Source: a virus. From it: 64,000 bases of DNA. Below are positions 18,868 to 29,488 of the stretch, in pieces. Each line of letters starts with the position of its first letter. Position 1 is the first letter of the stretch. The notes under the pieces were generated by a model that was not told the origin of the DNA, did not search any database, and saw nothing but the letters and a program-made list of their open reading frames with translations. A program made the translations under genes and the position numbers. Location: positions 12,626-76,625 of the IMG/VR virus record IMGVR_UViG_3300019752_000005, one strand, 5' to 3'.

Positions 18868-19851
18868 TTATTTCATGATTTGTTTTTTGTAAGATTCAAA
18901 GTCAACGTCTTTGTATCCAACTCTGAAATATCGAGGGTAGTTTTCACTTTCAATAGCACTTTGTAATTTTTTACGTGTGTGATGCGTGTCATCTTTTGAT
19001 GCAGCGTCGCTTAATGTTTTAAAAACTCCGTTAGGTGTTACAAGCAAATAACTGATATCAGGGATAGGTTGATACTTATCTGGGTTAACAATAAAATCTT
19101 GTAATAAATACTTGTCAAGCAGTTTACGATAACCTTTCTGTTTTCCATTAACACTATACCATTTAGACCATAATGATGAAGTGACATTCTTTTCTAAATA
19201 ATCACTTGAAATATCAACACCAACTTTCTTTGGTTGATCTGTTGATGTAAAAATACCATGTGGTGTGACGTACAAGATATCATCTTTAGTGTAGATACCG
19301 CAAAGCTCAAAACTTAAGCGATCAATATCACTAACAATGCTTAGACTGGAAACCATTTCCTTAACTTTTGCTTGATGAAGGTCTTCAATCGTTTTGAATT
19401 TGTTGCCTTTATCATCTAAAACATAGGTCTGATTAGTTTGTTTATTAGATAGCTTTGAGCGTGTTAGTGTGATTGGAAGACTGATAGTGTAACTTTCGTT
19501 ATCACTTTTCTGGCTTGCTAGGTAATCATTAATTAATTCTAACACTTTCTTAGGGATTGTTGTTAATTCTTTCTTGCATTGATTCTTGAGTGATATGTAA
19601 GATTTTAACATCTCCTTATCTGTGATAACTAATTGAACCGATGTAGCTTTAGATGTTTTTTTGTATGATGGATTTAAAGGTAGTTTTTTAACTGAATTTA
19701 AATCAGGTTTCCTGTTTTTCACCTGTGATGATAAAATCAATTCCATTACACCTTTACCAAATGATATGTTTTCTTCAGCACATAAATCAGCAAATAATTT
19801 AGTTGAGTTTGATTTAGTATCGAATGCTATGTTTGTTTTAACTGGTTTCAT
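18868..19851 (-). CDS. putative DNA-binding protein with RHH-like N-terminus and repeated NUMOD1-like modules
   Basis: YVTPHGIFTS, LVTPNGVFKTLSDAA and DDKGNKFKTIED repeats; no nuclease motif seen. Confidence 0.5.
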   Translation of the reverse strand: MKPVKTNIAFDTKSNSTKLFADLCAEENISFGKGVMELILSSQVKNRKPDLNSVKKLPLNPSYKKTSKATSVQLVITDKEMLKSYISLKNQCKKELTTIPKKVLELINDYLASQKSDNESYTISLPITLTRSKLSNKQTNQTYVLDDKGNKFKTIEDLHQAKVKEMVSSLSIVSDIDRLSFELCGIYTKDDILYVTPHGIFTSTDQPKKVGVDISSDYLEKNVTSSLWSKWYSVNGKQKGYRKLLDKYLLQDFIVNPDKYQPIPDISYLLVTPNGVFKTLSDAASKDDTHHTRKKLQSAIESENYPRYFRVGYKDVDFESYKKQIMK

Positions 19852-19919
19852 ATTTAAATCCTAATATATTGTGTTGTTTGTTATGTGTTAAGTATGTTAT
19901 CAAACAGTGTTGTAAGTTG

Positions 19920-20318
19920 TCAATCACTTTTTTGATATTTTTTTGCTAAAATAAATTTAGCCTTTTCAATTTCCCTCTCCACCACTGGCTCACAGATAGA
20001 TAAATCTAGGTTATACTTATTTTTTATATATAGTATAGATGTTAAGTACTCCTTTCTTAGTTTCCAACCAACGATGGCTGCACGTACTGTGTTCAAGTTA
20101 ATTTCACTCAAGTTTGCTTTAAAATAAGCTACAACCTGACTACCAATATTATCTGATAATGGCATATTACGTCTAAACACCGTAAATTCCTTTTTTAAGT
20201 GGTTTATTAACTTGCGCCTAGCTTCTTTTTTCTTTCGTTGATTGTAGGTTTTCTTATTTGGGTTTGTAACCCTAATACTATTAAATGTTTTAGTTTTCTT
20301 TTTCTTGTATTTAGTCAT
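19920..20318 (-). CDS. ProQ/FinO-family RNA chaperone
   Basis: LKKEFTVF...PLSDNIG...VRAAI..W...EYL...KYNLD....V...E.EKA matches the FinO/ProQ domain pattern. Confidence 0.65.
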   Translation of the reverse strand: MTKYKKKKTKTFNSIRVTNPNKKTYNQRKKKEARRKLINHLKKEFTVFRRNMPLSDNIGSQVVAYFKANLSEINLNTVRAAIVGWKLRKEYLTSILYIKNKYNLDLSICEPVVEREIEKAKFILAKKYQKSD

Positions 20319-20333
20319 TTTAGTGTTGCTTCC

Positions 20334-21293
20334 TTAGTTTGGGCAATAGGACACTATTCCACTTGGAATGTGTTTAATATTTACAGCGATATCATTGCAG
20401 TAACGTTTATTGTTCGTGTAGTCAATTAATATGTCATTTTTTATCCTGTGTTGCGTATAACTTATCATTTCAGGTAAGTCTTTTTCATCTTGTAGGATAT
20501 CAGATAAATGCTCTGGGTATAATAAAACAAGCTGGTGTTCACATAGAATATAAATATGCCTCAACAATTCTTTGTCAGTGACCTGCATTAATTCATCCTT
20601 GGTTAACCAAATCTCGTTTTCATGCAGCACCCCTAAAACCTCTTTTACACGTTGGCTAGGTTTTTTACTTCCTAATACATCACGTTTAAATTCATCTTTA
20701 TCAACAATGAAGTCACGCATCAAGCATTGCTCATAGAGTCTATTTATCTTTTCCTTTTTATTAATATTGCCTTTTTTGTAGTAGTGGCATTTTTTCCACT
20801 CCCTATCCTGCTGTTGATATTCGTCACAACCATAATTAACACATGTAACACATTGAACGTTACCCATTTGATCTGATGTTAATGTGAATATGTCGATATT
20901 ATCAGGTGTGGGTATTCTCTCCTTAACCACATTATCAGAAACTGGTTTAAAGCCTATATTCATTTTTTCAATAAAAATACTAAGCTCCTGCCATCTTCTA
21001 ATAAGATTAACATCAGAACCTAATGAAGAATATCCGCTTTTATTCCTGTATATTGCTACATATTGCTGTAAAAATTGTTTGTTATTTGTGTGGAAAGTAA
21101 CATCTCCTAAATCACCACCATCAACAAGCTGTTCCAGTATCCCTATAACTATTCTAATCACATGTGGTGGGCTTTTTTCTACAGTGTATTTTTTAATATC
21201 ACCCCCATCTAACGAGCTGTAACCTATGTTATCATCAATCTTGATGTAAAAGTTTTTCATTTTAACCTGCGCCTTTATTAAGATCTTCTTCAC
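20334..21293 (-). CDS. protein with degenerate RNase HI-like N-terminal domain
   Basis: VTFHTNNKQF...NLIRRWQEL...IGFKPV parallels the RNase HI V...TDSQY...N..LW..L...WV segment; catalytic Asp not seen. Confidence 0.4.
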   Translation of the reverse strand: MKKILIKAQVKMKNFYIKIDDNIGYSSLDGGDIKKYTVEKSPPHVIRIVIGILEQLVDGGDLGDVTFHTNNKQFLQQYVAIYRNKSGYSSLGSDVNLIRRWQELSIFIEKMNIGFKPVSDNVVKERIPTPDNIDIFTLTSDQMGNVQCVTCVNYGCDEYQQQDREWKKCHYYKKGNINKKEKINRLYEQCLMRDFIVDKDEFKRDVLGSKKPSQRVKEVLGVLHENEIWLTKDELMQVTDKELLRHIYILCEHQLVLLYPEHLSDILQDEKDLPEMISYTQHRIKNDILIDYTNNKRYCNDIAVNIKHIPSGIVSYCPN

Positions 21294-23133
21294 TAATAAA
21301 CCTAACTAGCTTAGCGTATTGCATCTTACCGCCTTTCTTTTTTCCCGCTAATGTTTCATCAACAATAATATATTCTGGCATATTGATTTTACCAACATTA
21401 TTTACTATAGCTTCATGAACCAAGGAATCATTTGCGAAATTATTGGAATACTGAGCTACAGCAATAAAATCTGATTCTGACATTTTACCTTTGAGTTCTT
21501 TAATATTCTTATCTCTGCTCCAAGGTCTTTTCTCATTATAGGAGAAATCAAGGAACATTCTTATGTGTTGCCCCTTACCCGTGCCAAATATATAATCCAT
21601 AACTAAATGGTACTCGCCCCCCCACTTAACCATTCTAGTGTCTATTCGCAACATTTTATATGTATTGATAATAGGCTCTTCCTCAAAAGATAACAAGCTT
21701 GCTTTAGAAGCAACCACCCCATTTTTAGGTTTTTCTTCTATTAATAGCATATGGCAATCTGGACAATAAACTGTTTGAATCTTTAGTGGTTTTTCTCTAT
21801 GCTCGTCGCACCCCTTGATAAACTTGCCTTTTTCATCAGTTTTTCTGCAATACTTAACAGGTTGTTCACCACCACCTACACCAGCTTTAGATGTCGGCAG
21901 ATTAGGATCATCAAAGTAACCATGTGTTTCAATGTTTTTTGCAAAATCCAATACCAAACAATTCAGCTTACCTTCACAGGTTCTAGTGCCTCTACCTAAG
22001 ATTTGAATATACAAGCTCAGACTAGCTGTAGGGCGGAGTAAAATAATAGCGTCAATTTCATTAACATTGAACCCAGTTGTGAGCATATCCATGTTAACAA
22101 TAAATCGTGCATCGCCATACTTGAAATTACCAATGTTTCTTGCGTTAACTTTGTCAGTGTTTAGTTCCAGCGTACTACTTACGTCATAACCTTTATCATC
22201 TAACTTTTCAAAAGCCTTTTTTGCACTCGAAGGTGATAACGCGCACCCACCAGAGAATCCTTTATCATTTAAATACTTTGTTGCTAAAATAGCACTCTCT
22301 GATGATGGGCAAAATATCATCCATTTTTTTCTATCCCCCAAATGCTCAACAGCCTCATCAAGAGCTTTATATAAATAATCTTCGACATGATTATCAGCAA
22401 GTGTTGCTAATGATTTGGCTTGAAAATCGTTATCTTTATTTAATTTTAAGCCAGATGTATCTAGGCTCATTGATGTATCAAGTTGTGATGGTGTTATAAG
22501 TGGGGACAAGAAACCTTGTTCCAGTAGAAGCTTAACAGGAATATCAAATAATTGATCGGTGAATAATCTATTATCACCTTCTATCAATAATCCACCATCT
22601 AATCTATATGGTGTTGCGGTGAAGCCAGTTACCGACATTTTAGGGTTTTTTTTCAAAAGAAAGTCGATATATTCCCTGTAGATAGCCGTATCCTTAAACG
22701 GGATCATGTGAGCTTCATCAACCAACACAATATCAACTCTACCAATATCACGAAACGTCTTGTGATTTGGGTGAAGTGACTGAATCATTGCAAATGTGAC
22801 TTGATGGTGCCTATCTTTTCTTTTTAGTTTTGCTGCATAAACTCCACATGGAAAACCTAAATGTGTTTCAGCTTCTTCATGATTCTGTTCAACTAGTGTT
22901 TGATTATGAGTTAGGATTAATATTTTTGTTTGTGTACCATCACTTGTTCTAGGGAATCTCCTAATTATCTCGTCAGCAAGATCAGCAATCATTAAAGATT
23001 TACCGCTACCTGTGGGGGATACGATTATGCCGTGTCTATTATATAATTCTTCTTTATGTCGATTAAGTATGAATTTAATAGCAGCATATACAGCCTTTTT
23101 TTGGAATTCGTAAGGTGTTTTTCTCGTTGACAT
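21262..23133 (-). CDS. SF2 DEAH helicase (RadD/YejH-like)
   Basis: SPTGSGKS, DEAH, TATPYR, LTTGFN, QILGRGTR, C-terminal Zn finger CPDC. Confidence 0.92.
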   Translation of the reverse strand: MSTRKTPYEFQKKAVYAAIKFILNRHKEELYNRHGIIVSPTGSGKSLMIADLADEIIRRFPRTSDGTQTKILILTHNQTLVEQNHEEAETHLGFPCGVYAAKLKRKDRHHQVTFAMIQSLHPNHKTFRDIGRVDIVLVDEAHMIPFKDTAIYREYIDFLLKKNPKMSVTGFTATPYRLDGGLLIEGDNRLFTDQLFDIPVKLLLEQGFLSPLITPSQLDTSMSLDTSGLKLNKDNDFQAKSLATLADNHVEDYLYKALDEAVEHLGDRKKWMIFCPSSESAILATKYLNDKGFSGGCALSPSSAKKAFEKLDDKGYDVSSTLELNTDKVNARNIGNFKYGDARFIVNMDMLTTGFNVNEIDAIILLRPTASLSLYIQILGRGTRTCEGKLNCLVLDFAKNIETHGYFDDPNLPTSKAGVGGGEQPVKYCRKTDEKGKFIKGCDEHREKPLKIQTVYCPDCHMLLIEEKPKNGVVASKASLLSFEEEPIINTYKMLRIDTRMVKWGGEYHLVMDYIFGTGKGQHIRMFLDFSYNEKRPWSRDKNIKELKGKMSESDFIAVAQYSNNFANDSLVHEAIVNNVGKINMPEYIIVDETLAGKKKGGKMQYAKLVRFISEEDLNKGAG

Positions 23134-23357
23134 TACCTTTCTCTGTTTTATGGTGGACTAGGATATAACCCACCTATAATAAATCAATTTATTGTGATTT
23201 AATACCAGCTAATACAGCACCAGCAAAAGTTACAGTTAACGCTACAAAATAAGAAACCACCGCACTACTAGCCATGATTCCATCGCCGATAAAAATACCT
23301 ATTGTTAAAAACAAGCTGGATATTAATAGTAGGAATAAACCAGATAACATAAACATA

Positions 23358-23807
23358 TCACTGCACCCCTGTAGAACCAAAGCCATTATCACCGCGCGAT
23401 GTTTTAGCTTTAAACTCACTTACTTCAATCATTTTAACATTAACCACTGGAACAAACACCATTTGACATATACGTTGCCCAACGTCCACTGCATAATCTT
23501 TATTACTACGATTCCATAATGCAACCTTCACCTCACCCTGATAATCAGAATCAATTAACCCAACTAAGTTACCTAAAACAATTCCGTCATTAACACCTAA
23601 GCCAGAACGTGGAATCAATACTGCTGCAATTTGATTGTTATCAATATTGATAGCTAATCCACTACCAATTAACACTGTTTCACCAGCTTTGATAACCACT
23701 GGTTGATCAATATTTGCTCTAATATCCAACCCAGCACTACCTATGGTAGCCTGTTCTGGTAATTCATTTTCATTTCCGTTTAATCGTTTAACTTCAATTA
23801 AATTCAT
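23358..23807 (-). CDS. dut: trimeric dUTPase
   Basis: AGLDI, PRSG, GLIDSDYQGE, RICQ, RGDNGFGSTG. Confidence 0.96.
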   Translation of the reverse strand: MNLIEVKRLNGNENELPEQATIGSAGLDIRANIDQPVVIKAGETVLIGSGLAINIDNNQIAAVLIPRSGLGVNDGIVLGNLVGLIDSDYQGEVKVALWNRSNKDYAVDVGQRICQMVFVPVVNVKMIEVSEFKAKTSRGDNGFGSTGVQ

Positions 23808-23833
23808 ATTTTATTTCCTTCTAAATAACCAAT

Positions 23834-23857
23834 AAAAAGCCGCCACAATGGACGGCT
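23834..23857 (-). terminator. Rho-independent terminator
   Basis: AGCCG..CGGCT stem with an A run on the + strand. Confidence 0.65.
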
Positions 23858-23885
23858 ATAAAACATCAATATAGACTAACTAAAC

Positions 23886-24656
23886 CTAAAATGGAATATC
23901 CGCATCAAAGTCTTCACCACTATTTGCTGGTGTAGCATTCTGTTGAGGTGCGGCATTAGATGTTGCAATGGGTGCTGTGGTTGGTGCGGGTGCATTACTT
24001 GTTGATGTTAAGAAGCTTGGATTAAATCCTTCCAAGTAATAAAACTTATTATCATCTTTCGACTGAAATACTGCACGGTGTGGCTGTTTCGCAAACCCAC
24101 CCTTCGCGTACTTAGCTTGATAGTTCTCGTTAGGGTAAATGGACTTTAGATCAATGTTAGGGTAAACATTCTTCTTGCCTTTTGATGCGCCATAGTATAG
24201 ACACGCAATTATTTTTAACCCATTAAAAACTTTTAAGCTGGTGAATTGTTTGATGTTGTTTGCCACTAAAATTTCATTCATGAAGTTACGTGTTCGCTCA
24301 CACGCATCACGCTCCTTACCTTCTGGCATATTCTCAATAGGCATTGATGGTAAGTTAAGAAAAACCTCAATCTTATTACCCTTAACACCCTCAAGCCAAG
24401 GCTTGTTTTCTGGAATACCGATAACCTCAAATACTAATACAGCCCATTTTTTCCCACTGTTTTTACCAATACCACCTTTAAAACCAACCTCCCATTGGTA
24501 AAGATCAGGGTCTGGTTTACGCCATCCTAACTCGCGAGGAATAAGGCTTTCTTTATATTCTAAAGCTGGTTTTGGTTCGTCACTAACTTTTGTTTGCTCA
24601 CCAAATACATTGCCTAAATCAAAATCAAATTCTTGTTCGTTTTCCACTAAAGCCAT
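23886..24656 (-). CDS. single-stranded DNA-binding protein (DUF669-like)
   Basis: Adjacent to the Sak4-like ATPase; Pro/Ala linker and acidic tail ending DFDADIPF. Confidence 0.7.
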   Translation of the reverse strand: MALVENEQEFDFDLGNVFGEQTKVSDEPKPALEYKESLIPRELGWRKPDPDLYQWEVGFKGGIGKNSGKKWAVLVFEVIGIPENKPWLEGVKGNKIEVFLNLPSMPIENMPEGKERDACERTRNFMNEILVANNIKQFTSLKVFNGLKIIACLYYGASKGKKNVYPNIDLKSIYPNENYQAKYAKGGFAKQPHRAVFQSKDDNKFYYLEGFNPSFLTSTSNAPAPTTAPIATSNAAPQQNATPANSGEDFDADIPF

Positions 24657-24659
24657 TTC

Positions 24660-25604
24660 TTAGTTTCCTTCTGTGTTTTTTGGTTGTGTTTGTTGGTTGT
24701 AACCCATTAATTGAGACATTAACATTTTGTTTTCATTCCTTACTTTTTTGATGTATTCATTAAGATCGTCACCTTCATGGAATTGATGGTGCTCAAATAG
24801 AATCTTACTAGGCAATACGCGTGGTTTGCGATGTTTTGCTGGGATATGGCTACCAGACGTTCCATCTGTAAAGATAATAGACACAACATCTTCAATTTTG
24901 TTTTTCTTACCAAGGATTTCCTTATTATTGTTGTCTCTATGAACATGAATCTGAGGATCTTTAGTGATAAAGAAGTTATGATCCGTTAGTTCTGTTAATG
25001 CATTCCAGCATTTAATATTAGGCACTGGTGGTAAATAACCATCAAAGGGTTCTTTGTTTGGTAAACTAATCTTTCTGAATTCTGTTTTACATATAAGAAT
25101 CAGATCAATACCACAAACCTCACAAACACCTATCTTCATTCGTGTTAAGAAGTCTCTCATTTTAGATTTGAACATCTCTGTTGGCTTACCAAAATCATCA
25201 CCAATAGCGTTTACAGTGTTACCACCTAAAGTAGTGTACTCATTAAGCACTTCATTCTCTATCTCAAGAAGGATAACATCGAAACTGTCAATGATAATTG
25301 TGGATATATCCACACCTTCATCACTAATAACTCCATCTTTATCAGTTCCATCATCAATCGCTTTATTCTTAACCTTGGCTAACTCACGAATAAAGTCAAG
25401 GATATCATAACGATTTTTAATCACATTATCAAAATCATTACTATCAAGTGTTTCTGGGTAGAGTCTTGATTTCTCCAAGTTAAAACATAAAGGGTTTCTA
25501 GCAGCCTGAGTCAACTCGGTTTTACCAGAACCACTACCACCGAAAACAAGTGTTAAAGACGGGGTTGAATCCGACTTGATTTTTCTTTTAATACCTAAAC
25601 CCAC
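24660..25604 (-). CDS. Sak4/AAA_24-like ssDNA-annealing ATPase
   Basis: Walker A GGSGSGKT, LE, TIIIDS, AKHR. Confidence 0.75.
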   Translation of the reverse strand: MGLGIKRKIKSDSTPSLTLVFGGSGSGKTELTQAARNPLCFNLEKSRLYPETLDSNDFDNVIKNRYDILDFIRELAKVKNKAIDDGTDKDGVISDEGVDISTIIIDSFDVILLEIENEVLNEYTTLGGNTVNAIGDDFGKPTEMFKSKMRDFLTRMKIGVCEVCGIDLILICKTEFRKISLPNKEPFDGYLPPVPNIKCWNALTELTDHNFFITKDPQIHVHRDNNNKEILGKKNKIEDVVSIIFTDGTSGSHIPAKHRKPRVLPSKILFEHHQFHEGDDLNEYIKKVRNENKMLMSQLMGYNQQTQPKNTEGN

Positions 25605-26248
25605 TGTTCATCTCCTATTTGCAAATCACTACCAAAGTGATAATGCGTGTAACGTTTGTAACTTCCATTAGCGTCTTTAATTGATTCACTAATAATTTGA
25701 GGTTGATGTCTTTTGTTGAAATCCTCATTTGCGGAACAAATTTTATCAAACTCTGACTCACTTGTAAAGCTATTTTCAGGTAAATTTCTAAAAACTTGCT
25801 CTTCATTTTTCTTTATTTTTTCATAATCAACAATGGCGCAAAACTTCATGCCAATATAGTCTAATGCACTCTTGGGTAAAGCCCCTTGAACACCATTTGC
25901 TAGCGCAATACCGCCAATACGTTTCATATCTTTGTCCATGCGAGCCGCCAGATATTTTTCCGATCTATCATCATCAATAACCAGCTTGCTTTTTGGATGT
26001 ATTACCTGCCTACCCCACAGCTCTAAACGCAAGCTGGTGTGTTTAAAGATAAACTTCTTATTATCGTGCTGCTGATTCAAAACCTTCAGCGTCAAATTTA
26101 GCGACGGTCTAAGTTTGGAATCATCCTCCATATTGTTAATTTTAGCGTCAACTATTTCAAACAGGTAAACCCCCTTGGATAGCAACACCTTGGTAAATGT
26201 AGCGTGATTATAATAAGATATGTTTTCCATTAATCTACAACCCCCCAA
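25595..26248 (-). CDS. second DUF669/SSB-like OB-fold protein
   Basis: LLSKGVYLFEIVDAKI...LNLTLKV...IALANG...YIGMKF.A.V. Confidence 0.5.
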   Translation of the reverse strand: MGGCRLMENISYYNHATFTKVLLSKGVYLFEIVDAKINNMEDDSKLRPSLNLTLKVLNQQHDNKKFIFKHTSLRLELWGRQVIHPKSKLVIDDDRSEKYLAARMDKDMKRIGGIALANGVQGALPKSALDYIGMKFCAIVDYEKIKKNEEQVFRNLPENSFTSESEFDKICSANEDFNKRHQPQIISESIKDANGSYKRYTHYHFGSDLQIGDEQWV

Positions 26249-28851
26249 TACAATCTTAATTTAGGACGACCCGCCTTACTGGTGCCATCTTCGTTCTTAT
26301 TTACCACATTCTTTAATGTGATAACGTGATTTTCTATTAAGTCAGCAATAATTCCATCCCTAACAACCTGATTAATATGCTTTGTCATTTCTCTCAAGTC
26401 GCGCTTCCACATGCTACCACGTTTCTTTATGATTAATTCTATTTCTTTAACATACCCTTCATGTTCATTCTTAACAATATTAGCATTAATAAAGTTAACC
26501 ATATTTTGTGTTAAAACCATTGATAAACCCATACCCCATTCTGCATCAGCTAGAGATATTGATGGTGATACTGGATTCTTTAATGTTGCAGATATCATTG
26601 CTAATTTAACACCAGAAGCATAACATCTTGAGAAACATATGTTAGATACAGCGCAAGATTCTCCCACAACCCGTTCCTCATGAAGATACGTTTCCATTTT
26701 TTGAAGATACTGATCAGCGTTTGTTTCAACACCTTCACTATCTTTTTCCATAATTAAAGATGGCACTATCTCGAAAGAATTAAAAACCTCATTTGCTTCA
26801 CCGTCGGCACCAACTGATATATCAGGCATGTCTCCAGATGATCCTGCGTCATTAGCTCTATTGAAAATAGCCTTTAATTTATTAGATATTTTATCTGGAA
26901 CATTGGATGCACTGAACTTTACTTTATCATAATATGATCTAACTGATTTTTTAGCACTTTCATCCCCACCCACTAGAAATATCCTTGCTGCAAAACCATT
27001 TAATGTATCCTCTTTGTTTAACATTCCTCCCAGTGGTTCTGGTGCTGAAACAGCGTATATATTAAATTGCGGTTTCACCACTGTTTTAATATCAGGTCTG
27101 GACATGGCAACATCAGGAGCAAGGTCATAGCTACTTGCTGAATAAAGCTCAGTGCAGAGACCCTTTACATCAGATATCATTGGATCTTTACCACCCCATT
27201 TCACACCAATTTCATCTGTAATTGATATGCATACAGGCTGCTTTTCAGTTAAATAATTCCTTAAAACTGCTGTTGACTTAAATTGACTTGGTGCTATGAG
27301 GTGCTCACTACCATTACATGCTGTGGTGACCATGCTTTTAACACATCTTAAGCTGGCATCCTTTCCCATGCCCGGCCCTAATACACTTATTGTGTAAATA
27401 TTTGGGTAAAGCTCGTCATGACTATAACCCCTGCCCATTAAAACTGCTGTTGCTGATATAGCTGAAAACATTGCTAACGCAGGCTGTTTTACGCGGGAAC
27501 CCCCCATCCACTCAATAACATCTTTAATTGTTTCTGGTGCAGTATCAATAAATTTTCTTGGTATCGTAAGATCAACATCGTTATTTCGCCTACCAACCCC
27601 TTTATTCTTTTTTGTTGCTGCTTTTTCTTTTTTTGGTGCAACCTTCTTCGCTTCATTATCTTTTTTATCTTGTTCCTCCAGTTCCTTTTCGATAACTGAA
27701 AAATCCACAATAGTTGAATGTGGCTTCCTTTTTTGTCCTTTCTGTATTCCACATAACGCAGCAGCACCATTAACAGCTTGAACCCAAGACTCCTTCCCCA
27801 CACCAAAAGCAAGTATTCTATATACATCGAAAGCGTCATGTGTGTTTTTACCATTTGCTGATAAAACATCGGAGCCATGATGTGAAAAAACAGTGTTGGT
27901 TTTTCTGAATATTTTTACACCAGCCAAACCTGTAGTTGATGCAGGGCACTTGTAACGCTTACCATGCTTTGTGTAACCATATTGAAGTAATAACTCTTCA
28001 AGTTGAAACTGGTTATTAAAAGCATCCATAACTAATGACATATAGTCATCATTAGAATTATTGTTGATAGGGCGGGGTGCTAACTTCACATCTTCATATT
28101 CTTCATCTTCTTCATTAGCTTCTGCTAGAGATAGCAACTCATTTAAGCTTGATGTTGTGTGAATCTCGCCAGTATAGGGATAAAACGTACACATTGAAGC
28201 CTCTGATTTTTCGGTCGCGTGTTTCCAAAATCCAGCTAAAGCCATAATTCTAGCTAAATTATGAATCTTTTTATCAGAACCAAAAATACTGATAAGGTCT
28301 TTCTGTGAACGGGTAAACATATCCACAGGAAAATCTTTTACTATCCAATAGAAATGCGCTTTACCTTTGCTGCTTTCAATATAAAATGAAGGTTTAATAT
28401 TGTATGCGTTAACTTTTGCTAAATGGGTTTCTAAGCTATCAGCTTTTTCATCACAATCAATATATAATGATGTGATACTTGTGATGTCTTTATTTGCACA
28501 CATTAACGGATATTCATCACACTTATCATCTATTTCATCATCACTTAACCGCTCAGAAACAGGTTTACAGGCGTTATCCATTTTTATTTGCTGTCTAATC
28601 CTTAGATTTTCTTTATATCGAATACCTAATTCTTCACCATTGCAGCCATTAACAACAAAATAAATATTGTAACCCTGTCTATTTAACTCTAATAGTTCAT
28701 CACCACACTCATATATTGTCCCGTACAACGCTTTTGATGTGTGATTTTTTTTATTAATATACCTAAACTCTATTTTAGAGTTATCTAAACCAAGCGCAGC
28801 TAAGTGACTAATAGCTTGCTTTATATCCTGCCTCTTGTGCGGCTCACGCAT
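26230..28851 (-). CDS. RepB-type (AEP) primase fused to DUF3987-like helicase
   Basis: YFVVN, YIDCD, ESSKGKAHFYW, RIMALAGF; DAFD domain; GPGMGKD (Walker A-like), TDEIG, GFAARI. Confidence 0.8.
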   Translation of the reverse strand: MREPHKRQDIKQAISHLAALGLDNSKIEFRYINKKNHTSKALYGTIYECGDELLELNRQGYNIYFVVNGCNGEELGIRYKENLRIRQQIKMDNACKPVSERLSDDEIDDKCDEYPLMCANKDITSITSLYIDCDEKADSLETHLAKVNAYNIKPSFYIESSKGKAHFYWIVKDFPVDMFTRSQKDLISIFGSDKKIHNLARIMALAGFWKHATEKSEASMCTFYPYTGEIHTTSSLNELLSLAEANEEDEEYEDVKLAPRPINNNSNDDYMSLVMDAFNNQFQLEELLLQYGYTKHGKRYKCPASTTGLAGVKIFRKTNTVFSHHGSDVLSANGKNTHDAFDVYRILAFGVGKESWVQAVNGAAALCGIQKGQKRKPHSTIVDFSVIEKELEEQDKKDNEAKKVAPKKEKAATKKNKGVGRRNNDVDLTIPRKFIDTAPETIKDVIEWMGGSRVKQPALAMFSAISATAVLMGRGYSHDELYPNIYTISVLGPGMGKDASLRCVKSMVTTACNGSEHLIAPSQFKSTAVLRNYLTEKQPVCISITDEIGVKWGGKDPMISDVKGLCTELYSASSYDLAPDVAMSRPDIKTVVKPQFNIYAVSAPEPLGGMLNKEDTLNGFAARIFLVGGDESAKKSVRSYYDKVKFSASNVPDKISNKLKAIFNRANDAGSSGDMPDISVGADGEANEVFNSFEIVPSLIMEKDSEGVETNADQYLQKMETYLHEERVVGESCAVSNICFSRCYASGVKLAMISATLKNPVSPSISLADAEWGMGLSMVLTQNMVNFINANIVKNEHEGYVKEIELIIKKRGSMWKRDLREMTKHINQVVRDGIIADLIENHVITLKNVVNKNEDGTSKAGRPKLRLYWGVVD

Positions 28852-28890
28852 TTTTATATTCCTTCTTCTTGTTGCTACGAGACGTTGAGG

Positions 28891-28920
28891 ATTCTATGTT
28901 ATTTGCTTTATAATTGTCAA
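28891..28920 (-). promoter_or_regulatory. sigma70-type promoter of the replication operon
   Basis: TTGACA-18-TAGAAT. Confidence 0.65.
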
Positions 28921-28934
28921 GCTTAAAACAAATT

Positions 28935-29441
28935 TTATTTATTCTCGTTAATTCTTTTCTTTGTTTTTATCACAAATTCATCAACAATTTCCGCACCCTT
29001 TGACGTTCTATATTCCCTTACATCGTTATCAATGCAAGATAAAAATATAACCATTGCTGTGATAGTAATGGAAAAATCTTTGAACATATTAGGGACACCT
29101 GAATGTGAGCAATATAATGTTCTCCTTTGATCGTTATTTTCATATGTGTTTAATGGTATTTCACTACAATCAATGATACCAATAATAATACTTCTCCTGC
29201 TCACATCAATTGTAACGCATATTTGATAGCGTTTAACCACCAAGTAATCAGTTGTAAATTGTATTGTGTGATTATTAGCGTAATCCACTCTCAATGCACC
29301 AAATATATTTTGACAACATATGTAAAAATGATTGGGACTTGTTATTTTAGTGTTACTTTCATCTTTAATAAATTGTTCTAGCTTTTCTGTTAGATATTTA
29401 ATATTGATTGATTCTTGTGTTGACATGTTATTTTTACTCAT
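28935..29441 (-). CDS. hypothetical protein
   Basis: ORF at the strand-switch point. Confidence 0.55.
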   Translation of the reverse strand: MSKNNMSTQESINIKYLTEKLEQFIKDESNTKITSPNHFYICCQNIFGALRVDYANNHTIQFTTDYLVVKRYQICVTIDVSRRSIIIGIIDCSEIPLNTYENNDQRRTLYCSHSGVPNMFKDFSITITAMVIFLSCIDNDVREYRTSKGAEIVDEFVIKTKKRINENK

Positions 29442-29488
29442 GTTAGTATTTAAAACTCAAATCTAATTACATACACAAGGAGTTTAGC

